A model generated the notes under the pieces. The model was not told where the DNA came from. It made no database searches and was given only the letters and a program-made list of their open reading frames with translations. A DNA stretch of 64,000 nt from Myxococcota bacterium (GTDB taxonomy: Bacteria > Myxococcota_A > UBA796 > CAJQPC01). Position 1 is the first letter of the stretch, and each line of letters opens with the position of its first letter. Both the position numbers and the translations under genes were made by a program. The DNA lies in contig DASCPX010000070.1 of NCBI GenBank assembly GCA_036012755.1, positions 192,001 through 256,000 on the forward strand. Direction: 5' to 3'. Shown one piece after another: positions 57,761 to 64,000 of the stretch.

Positions 57761-58425
57761 TCCGGGCTCGGGAGCTCCGCTTCTCGTACCCGCAGCGACC
57801 CGGCGAGGAGCGCTTCTCGCTTCACCTGCCCGCCTGGGAGGTGGCCGCTGGTGGTCGCGTGGCGCTCTTCGGACCGAGCGGCTGCGGCAAGTCCACGCTC
57901 CTGAACCTCGTGGCGGGGGTCCTCTGTCCCGACGCAGGCTCCCTGAGCGTCGCCGGCTCCGACCTCGCGGCCATGTCCGAGGTCGAGCGCCGGGCCTGGC
58001 GCATCAAGAAGATGGGCTTCGTCTTCCAGGACTTCCCGCTCGTGGACTACCTGCCGGCGGAGGAAAACGTCCTGCTGCCCTACCGGCTGAATCCGGCGCT
58101 GTCCCTCGACAGCGCGGCGCGCGCGAGAGCGAGGGATCTGTTGGGTCTGCTGGGCATCGGCCAGATGACCCGCCGTCGCCCAGGCGAGCTGTCCCAGGGC
58201 GAGCGCCAGCGCGTCGCCATCGCCAGGGCGCTCGTGACGGAGCCCTCTGTGCTGCTCGCCGACGAGCCGGCGGCGGGCCTGGATCCCGAGTGCACCACCT
58301 CCTTGATGGACCACCTCGACTCGCTCTCAGAAGACTTCGGGCTCACGCTCTTGCTCGTCACACACGACCCGGGCCTGCTCGAGCGCTTCTCCTCGCGGCT
58401 GGCCGTAGAGGAGCTGCGGGCGTGA
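57757..58425 (+). CDS. ABC transporter ATP-binding protein (LolD/MacB-like)
   Basis: GPSGCGKST, GFVFQDF, LSQGERQRVAIARAL, LADEP, VTHD. Confidence 0.92.
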   Translation: MIRARELRFSYPQRPGEERFSLHLPAWEVAAGGRVALFGPSGCGKSTLLNLVAGVLCPDAGSLSVAGSDLAAMSEVERRAWRIKKMGFVFQDFPLVDYLPAEENVLLPYRLNPALSLDSAARARARDLLGLLGIGQMTRRRPGELSQGERQRVAIARALVTEPSVLLADEPAAGLDPECTTSLMDHLDSLSEDFGLTLLLVTHDPGLLERFSSRLAVEELRA

Positions 58426-59576
58426 TCCGCCACGCCCTCTTCCTGGCCTTGCGGTACCTGGCCTCGGCGCCGGGTCGCACGGTGGTCCTCGTGCTCGGGA
58501 CGAGCGTCGCGCTGTTTCTGCCCCTGTTCACGTGGCAGGCCTCGCAGCTCATCGAGGACACCCTGATGGCCAGGGCGGAGTCGTCGCCGGTGCTGGTGGG
58601 CGAGAAGGGCAACGAGTTCGATCTCACGATGACGGGCCTCTACTTCCGGGGCCAGGTCAAGGAGACCATCCCCAGCGCCAGCGTCGAGCGGGGCGCCGAG
58701 GCCGGGATCGCCGTGCCGCTCTATGTCAGCCACAGCATCGGCGGTTCCCCGCTGGTGGGCACATCGCTGGACTACTTCAGCGCTCGGGACCTGGAGCTCT
58801 GGGATGGCCGCAAGCCGGCCCTGTTGGGCGAGATCGTGGCCGGGTGGGAGACCGCCGCCGCCTTCAACATCCAGGTCGGCGACAGCGTGCGCTCGGACCT
58901 CACGAACCTCTACAACATCGCCGGCGCCTACCCGATCCTGCTCGAGGTCGTCGGCATCCTGGAGCCGACCGGGACCCCCGACGACCACGCCTTCTTCGCC
59001 GATCTCAAGACGACCTGGGTGCTGGACGGGCACCTCCACGGCCACGAGGAGGTCACCCTCGACAACTCCCTGAACCGGGACGCCGGCACCGGAGAGAACC
59101 TCGAGGCCACGGCGGCCATCTTCATGATCACGGAGGTCACGCCAAGGAACCGCGCCTCCTTCCACTTCCACGGCGACACGGGCCACCTGCCGATCTCGAG
59201 CGTGCTGGTCTTCCCCGATGACCAGCAGGCCCACGACCTGCTCCTGGGTGACTACGCCCTCGACGAGCAGCTCCAGGCCGTCCGTCCGGTCACCGTCGTG
59301 CGCACCATCCTCGGCATCGTCCTGCGGGTGCGCGAGGGAGCCACCGTCTACTTCGCCGCGGTCGCCGTCTCGACGCTGGCCTTCTTCGCGCTGGTGCTGG
59401 TGCTGTCGTTGCGGCTGCGGCGCGCCGAGCTGAGGCTCATGGAGCGCATCGGCTGCAGCCGCGGGACCGTCGCTTCGATGGTCGCTGCGGAGGTGTTGCT
59501 GGTCGTGGGCGCGGCTGCTTTGGTGGCGATACTGAGCACCTTCGGAAGCCTCACCTTGCTGGAGAGTGTCCTGTGA
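58422..59576 (+). CDS. FtsX/MacB-like ABC permease
   Basis: N-terminal TM helix, large periplasmic domain (VGT, GEIVAG, VVGILEPTGTPDD), C-terminal TMs with LRRAELRLMERIG; His motifs GHLHGH and FHFHGD. Confidence 0.85.
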   Translation: MIRHALFLALRYLASAPGRTVVLVLGTSVALFLPLFTWQASQLIEDTLMARAESSPVLVGEKGNEFDLTMTGLYFRGQVKETIPSASVERGAEAGIAVPLYVSHSIGGSPLVGTSLDYFSARDLELWDGRKPALLGEIVAGWETAAAFNIQVGDSVRSDLTNLYNIAGAYPILLEVVGILEPTGTPDDHAFFADLKTTWVLDGHLHGHEEVTLDNSLNRDAGTGENLEATAAIFMITEVTPRNRASFHFHGDTGHLPISSVLVFPDDQQAHDLLLGDYALDEQLQAVRPVTVVRTILGIVLRVREGATVYFAAVAVSTLAFFALVLVLSLRLRRAELRLMERIGCSRGTVASMVAAEVLLVVGAAALVAILSTFGSLTLLESVL

Positions 59577-60397
59577 TCGCCTTGTTGCTCGCATGCTCCG
59601 GCGACCCCGAGATCACGACCGCTCCGGAGCCCGCCGGGCCGCTGACCGTGAGCACGACCGACTGGCCGGCCCACTACCTCGTCGAGCGCATCGGTGGACA
59701 GCACGTGAGCGCGACCTGCATCCTGCCGGCCGGAGAGGACCCGCCCGCCTGGCAGCCTCCTGGCGAGGTCGTCGCCGCCCTCGCGGACGCCGACCTCATC
59801 GTCACCAACGGCGCTGGCTTCTCTGCCTGGATGGCGACCGCGAGCCTGCCCTCGGCCAAGGTGGTGGAGACCGCCACCGCCGTGGAGCTCATCGAGTTCG
59901 CCGGGGCGACCCACAGCCACGGGGTCGAGGGCGACCACAGCCACGCCGGCATCGACCCCCACACGTGGTCGGACCCCCAGAGCTATGGCCTCCAGGCCGG
60001 CACTGTGCGGGACGCCCTCACCGGCGTCGATCCCGCCCACGCAGAGGCCTACGCCGCCAACACCGCTGCGCTGCTCGCCGAGCTGGAGGTCCTGGACCAG
60101 TCCCTCGCGGTGGCCACTGCGGACCTGGTCGAGCTGGAGATGGCGGCGAACCATCCGGCCTTCAACTACCTGGCCAGGCGCTACGACCTGTCGATCCAGA
60201 GCTTCGACGTCGAAGGCGAGGCGCTGGGAGCCTGGGCCGAGGGGCGCGAGGACCCTGTGATGCTCTGGGAGACCACACCGGGTCTCGAGATCGTGGGTCT
60301 TCGCGACGTGGAGCTCGACCCGCTGGAGTCCGGCGAGCCCTACGACTACCTCGCGCAGGCCAGGGCCAACGTCGTGGTATTGGACGGCATCCTGTGA
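59573..60397 (+). CDS. ZnuA/TroA-family metal-binding lipoprotein
   Basis: MIALLLAC; ADLIVTNGAG; His-rich loop HSHGVEGDHSH; DPHTW; HPAFNYLARRY. Confidence 0.88.
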   Translation: MIALLLACSGDPEITTAPEPAGPLTVSTTDWPAHYLVERIGGQHVSATCILPAGEDPPAWQPPGEVVAALADADLIVTNGAGFSAWMATASLPSAKVVETATAVELIEFAGATHSHGVEGDHSHAGIDPHTWSDPQSYGLQAGTVRDALTGVDPAHAEAYAANTAALLAELEVLDQSLAVATADLVELEMAANHPAFNYLARRYDLSIQSFDVEGEALGAWAEGREDPVMLWETTPGLEIVGLRDVELDPLESGEPYDYLAQARANVVVLDGIL

Positions 60398-60750
60398 GCT
60401 TCGTCCTCATCAGCCTGGCCCTCGGCGCCGACCTGGAACGCCCGGTCCTGGGCCAGTACGCGCCGCAGCCCCGAGCGCTCTGGCTCCACGGGCCGGACGG
60501 ACCCGGGATCCCCGACGAAGGCTACGAGTACGACGAGCCCGGCAACGGCCTCGGCTGGATCGCGCTCGGGCTCGCCGCTGGGGCCGGAGGGACCGCCATC
60601 GCCATGCGTCAGTCCCGCCTCGCGATGGAGGACGCCACCTGCCGCTACGACCTCGATCAGGCCTACACGAAGAACAAGCGGCGGGGCTACTCCACCTACG
60701 GACTCCTTGGAGGCGCCGCGGTCTTCCTGGGCCTGGCGATAGCGTTCTGA
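60394..60750 (+). CDS. Hypothetical membrane protein
   Basis: GTGA overlap; MSFVLISLALG-AD; two hydrophobic segments. Confidence 0.65.
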   Translation: MSFVLISLALGADLERPVLGQYAPQPRALWLHGPDGPGIPDEGYEYDEPGNGLGWIALGLAAGAGGTAIAMRQSRLAMEDATCRYDLDQAYTKNKRRGYSTYGLLGGAAVFLGLAIAF

Positions 60751-60863
60751 TGGCCCTGTTGCTGCTCATCTTCGCCTGCATCCAGCACGACCTCTACGAG
60801 GATCGCGTCGACGAGGTCGACACATGCGACACCGGCGGCGAGCTCGTCGAAGAGGCCGACTGA
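60750..60863 (+). CDS. 37-aa acidic mini-lipoprotein (not in the ORF track)
   Basis: TGATG coupling; MALLLLIFACIQHDLYEDRVDEVDTCDTGGELVEEAD. Confidence 0.6.
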   Translation: MALLLLIFACIQHDLYEDRVDEVDTCDTGGELVEEAD

Positions 60864-60939
60864 AGGAAATCGAGGGGATCAAACGTATTTCCAGTGAGAA
60901 CCACTCGCGGGTCTGACCTGTGAGACCACGGAGTACGCC

Positions 60940-61587
60940 ATGACCCGCATCCATCAGCCCAACGAGATCGACCTCTTCCTCCGCCGCATCGTCGAGGACA
61001 AGCGCAGCTCCCGCCTCTTCCTTCCGGGTGGCGCGGTGGTGGAGGGCCGCCTCGGTCCACCTGAGGCACACCGGATGATGGCGTTCTCCACGGAGAGCGC
61101 GGTCGTACCCCCGCGGACCGGCGCCTCGGTTCGGCTCGAGGGAGGCTGCAACAGCGGCAGCTACGAGGCCGTGACGGACCTGCTCGGGATCGACGAGATG
61201 GGCTGGCTGGTGCTGGCGACGCCGACCTCGCTCACCCTGGTCGAGCGCAGAATGGAGCGCCGCCGCGCCGCGGTGTCCGGGATGTCGCTGTCCATCCACC
61301 TGAGTCACCGCTTCTACAAGGCGGTCCTGCGGGACGTGTCCCAGAGCGGAATGTCCTTCTCCCTCTGGAGCCTGCCGCTGGAGGTCAAGCCCGGCGCCCG
61401 GCTCCAGTGCACCCTGGACCTTCCCCTGATGCGCGGCATCCCCGTCGTCGTCGAGGTCGCCGCGCTCCGCGGACCGATCGCCGGGGCTCGCATCGTGGCG
61501 ATGCCCGAGACGGCCCGAGTCGCCCTGGTCGGCTTCGTTCGAGGCCCTGCCGTCGAGCGCCGGCTCAACGAGGTGTCGCTCTACTGA
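60940..61587 (+). CDS. PilZ-domain (c-di-GMP receptor-like) protein
   Basis: SD GGAG; ERRMERR (RxxxR) and DVSQSG (DxSxxG). Confidence 0.75.
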   Translation: MTRIHQPNEIDLFLRRIVEDKRSSRLFLPGGAVVEGRLGPPEAHRMMAFSTESAVVPPRTGASVRLEGGCNSGSYEAVTDLLGIDEMGWLVLATPTSLTLVERRMERRRAAVSGMSLSIHLSHRFYKAVLRDVSQSGMSFSLWSLPLEVKPGARLQCTLDLPLMRGIPVVVEVAALRGPIAGARIVAMPETARVALVGFVRGPAVERRLNEVSLY

Positions 61588-62012
61588 TCTTCGCGCACTC
61601 GCTTGCGTGACGCCTTGCGCTCGGACCTCGCGCGCTTGGCTTGGAGCCGCCTCTGCTTCGCCCCCCTGGAGATCCGGCGCTTCTTGCGCTTCGGTCGGAT
61701 CACCAGGGCCTCGCGGACCAGCTCCGCCAGGCGCTCCCGGGCGAGCTGGCGGTTTCGATGCTGACTGCGCTCGCTCTGGACCGCGACCTGGAGGAGACCG
61801 CCAGCCCTGATGCGGCTCGCGAGGTTGCGGAGCAGGCGCGCCTGCTGGGCCTCGTCCAAGGCGGAGGAGCCCTGGACCCGCCACTGGAGCTGCACCCGCG
61901 AGTTGGTGGTGTTCACGCCCTGGCCGCCGGGCCCACCGCTGCGCGAGGTGAGGACCCGGAGCTCGGCGCCGGGGATCACCAGGGTGTCGTCGATGGGGAG
62001 GTCGGCTTCCAC
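61581..62012 (-). CDS. arfB: Alternative ribosome rescue factor ArfB (peptidyl-tRNA hydrolase)
   Basis: RSGGPGGQGVN, RSQHRNR, and a basic C-terminal tail KRKKRR...KQRRLQAKR. Confidence 0.92.
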   Translation of the reverse strand: MEADLPIDDTLVIPGAELRVLTSRSGGPGGQGVNTTNSRVQLQWRVQGSSALDEAQQARLLRNLASRIRAGGLLQVAVQSERSQHRNRQLARERLAELVREALVIRPKRKKRRISRGAKQRRLQAKRARSERKASRKRVREDQ

Positions 62013-62052
62013 GGCGCCAGGGTAGTCACGGCTGGCTCGGGGGCGAACCCGC

Positions 62053-62631
62053 TCAGGGCTTGTCGACGGTGACCGAGAACTCGCGCATGGCCTCGTCCCG
62101 GGTCCAGCGACCCTCCTGCGCGAGGTCGAGGTCCTTGGCCTCTCCGAGCAGGACCTCGGCGGTCGAGGCGGTCACGGTCCAGGGCTCGACCGCGCTCGCG
62201 CCGCCGCTGTAGACCATCTTCTCCTCGGCGTAGCCGGAGTTCTGGATGACGACCGTGTAGCCGCCCGCGGGGAGATCGCTGCTCGGGATGTCGAAGCCGA
62301 CGAGGTAGAGGAAGAAGCCCTCCGCGGCCTTGCCGTTCATCTCGTGGCTGATCGGCCGCCAGGTCACGTCTTGGACCTCGCCGTCGATGCTCACGCTCAG
62401 GGTCGAGGCCATGGTGTCCCAGGTGGCCTCGTTGTACTTCTTGACCTTGAGCTTCTTGATCGGCCCCGAGTCGTCCTCTGAGACGCCGATGCCTCCGAGC
62501 ACCACGGGGATCGGGACCTCGAGCACGACGAGGCCGACCAGGACTGTCTCGGACGCCTTCACCTGGGTCCGGAGGCTGTACTCGTCGGTGTTGAAGGGGT
62601 GGGCCAGAGCGCTCGCGACGAGGAGGATCAT
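62053..62631 (-). CDS. Secreted hypothetical protein (mature N-terminus HP)
   Basis: MILLVASALA-HPF; coupled to the upstream gene by ATGA overlap. Confidence 0.7.
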   Translation of the reverse strand: MILLVASALAHPFNTDEYSLRTQVKASETVLVGLVVLEVPIPVVLGGIGVSEDDSGPIKKLKVKKYNEATWDTMASTLSVSIDGEVQDVTWRPISHEMNGKAAEGFFLYLVGFDIPSSDLPAGGYTVVIQNSGYAEEKMVYSGGASAVEPWTVTASTAEVLLGEAKDLDLAQEGRWTRDEAMREFSVTVDKP

Positions 62632-63188
62632 GCTGGTCGCGTCAGGCTGAAGTAGGCACCCTCGGGCTTTCCGCTGCGGTAGGCCGCAGAGATGATGAGG
62701 TCCCGGCTCACTCGCCGGACCACGTCCTTCATGTTGCCGTAGACGAAGCGGTAGGGGAGCTCCAGGTTCGACGCCACCGGCGGCCAGTCACCCGGGGCCT
62801 CGTCGGGCTCCCAGGTGTAGTCGAAGACGAGCTGCTCGCCGTGCTGGTCCCCGTCCACGCGGACCAGGAAGTGACCGGGTCCGCCGAACCACGCGGCGAG
62901 GCCGCTGTTCACGTTGTAGCCCTGGACGCGGGCCCTGTGATCGGCGAAGGCCTTCGCGAAGTCGTTGAAGGCAGGCAGGCTGTTCCGACCCGCCCAGGTC
63001 TGGGCCTCGCCCTCCGGTGAGAGGAAGAAGTTGGGCTCCACGTCGCGCCCCTCGGACTTCCCGTAGAGGACCTCCATGTCCTTCTTCTTCAGCGAGCGCA
63101 TCCACTCCAGCCGCTCGCTCGACGTGGCCGCATCCAGCGCGGCCTCGATGGCCTCGATCTCGGCGGCGTCGGGTCGGGGGATGGGCAT
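62628..63188 (-). CDS. Hypothetical protein
   Basis: SD GGAGG before MPIPRP; GRNSLPAF, GPGHF, VYGNMKDVVRRV. Confidence 0.7.
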   Translation of the reverse strand: MPIPRPDAAEIEAIEAALDAATSSERLEWMRSLKKKDMEVLYGKSEGRDVEPNFFLSPEGEAQTWAGRNSLPAFNDFAKAFADHRARVQGYNVNSGLAAWFGGPGHFLVRVDGDQHGEQLVFDYTWEPDEAPGDWPPVASNLELPYRFVYGNMKDVVRRVSRDLIISAAYRSGKPEGAYFSLTRPA

Positions 63189-63233
63189 CGGGCCTCCAGT
63201 GTCGCTGGCTATCCTGTCCATGGGAGGCCCTCC

Positions 63234-64000
63234 ATGTGGCTGTTGTTCATTGCCTGTAGCGGAAAGACCCCCGAGGCCGGAGGACCATCCGACGACTCCT
63301 CGACGGACTCGCAGCAGCTCGACGACACGGCGCCGGTGGTCGGTGGCGAGGACTTCGCGCTCTTCACCGGCGGCGCGGAGCTCGAGGTCTGGTTCAACGA
63401 TGACTACGATCTGCCCGAAGACAGCGACGAGGGCTGGTCGCTCGGCGAGATCGGCGACTGGACGGCGCTTGCGGACTTCGACGGCGACGGCCTCGACGAC
63501 TTCTGGCAGATCGAGGACACGGCGGCCAAGGTGCGCATCTACATGAACCAGGGCGGGAGCTACGAGACCGAGCCCAGCTTCGAGCCCACCTCCGGTGTCG
63601 GCCAGAAGCGTCCGGCCATCGCCGGAGACTTCGACGGCGACGGTCGCGCCGACATGATGCTGCTCAACACGACCTCTGGCCGGGCCCTGACCTTCCTCAA
63701 CGTCACGGGCGGCTTCGACACCGACAACAAGATCTCCACCGCCACCAGCCTCGGCGCCTCAGGCGCCTTCGCCGCAGCCGACATGGACGGCGACGGGACT
63801 GACGACCTCGTCCAGCTCGCCGGCAGCGACGTCAGCGTCTGGAGGGTCCAAGACGGCGTCATCGACGAGAGCGCCGCGATGCACGAGCTGAACCTCCCGG
63901 GCACGATCCAGGCCCTCGGCATCGACCTCGACGACGACGGCATCTCCGAGCTCGCCACCTGGTCCGGCTCGACCCTGTATGTGCACGGCAACGACGGGAG
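63234..64000 (+). CDS. FG-GAP/VCBS-repeat lipoprotein, runs off the window end
   Basis: SD GGAGG; MWLLFIAC; ADFDGDGLDD, GDFDGDGRAD, ADMDGDGTDD. Confidence 0.85.
   Translation, partial: MWLLFIACSGKTPEAGGPSDDSSTDSQQLDDTAPVVGGEDFALFTGGAELEVWFNDDYDLPEDSDEGWSLGEIGDWTALADFDGDGLDDFWQIEDTAAKVRIYMNQGGSYETEPSFEPTSGVGQKRPAIAGDFDGDGRADMMLLNTTSGRALTFLNVTGGFDTDNKISTATSLGASGAFAAADMDGDGTDDLVQLAGSDVSVWRVQDGVIDESAAMHELNLPGTIQALGIDLDDDGISELATWSGSTLYVHGNDG

Noticed and set aside
60864..60939. c-di-GMP riboswitch upstream of the PilZ gene
   Set aside because: Only short inverted repeats; conserved GEMM features were not found.

Overview
A very GC-rich bacterial chromosomal region. It is most consistent with an uncultured Myxococcota-like organism (inference from a MYXO-CTERM-like tail, many DCDD/FG-GAP repeat lipoproteins, a Ser/Thr kinase and a FAAL-primed type I PKS). 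No rRNA, tRNA or CRISPR was recognised. About 50 CDSs are supported. They include an 11.4-kb FAAL-PKS next to a PlsC-like acyltransferase and a divergent CrtI-like flavoprotein, five DCDD-repeat lipoproteins with different C-terminal domains, a RAYT-like transposase with two REP-like palindromes, a CTAG-flanked MITE-like element, and a LolD/FtsX-type ABC system paired with a ZnuA-like protein. The main unexplained patterns are: (1) 21 predicted lipoproteins with ultra-short signal peptides (Cys at residue 7-12, almost never a basic n-region); (2) a TAnnnT -10-like hexamer 5-8 nt before many start codons, suggesting widespread leaderless mRNAs and supporting those short N-termini; (3) a thioredoxin-fold lipoprotein with an in-frame UGA in a UxxC motif and a SECIS-like hairpin, i.e. 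a probable selenoprotein split by the ORF track; (4) several genes broken by single stops, frameshifts or abrupt junctions, which may be real decay or assembly artefacts. All product calls come from motifs read by eye; no database search was run.
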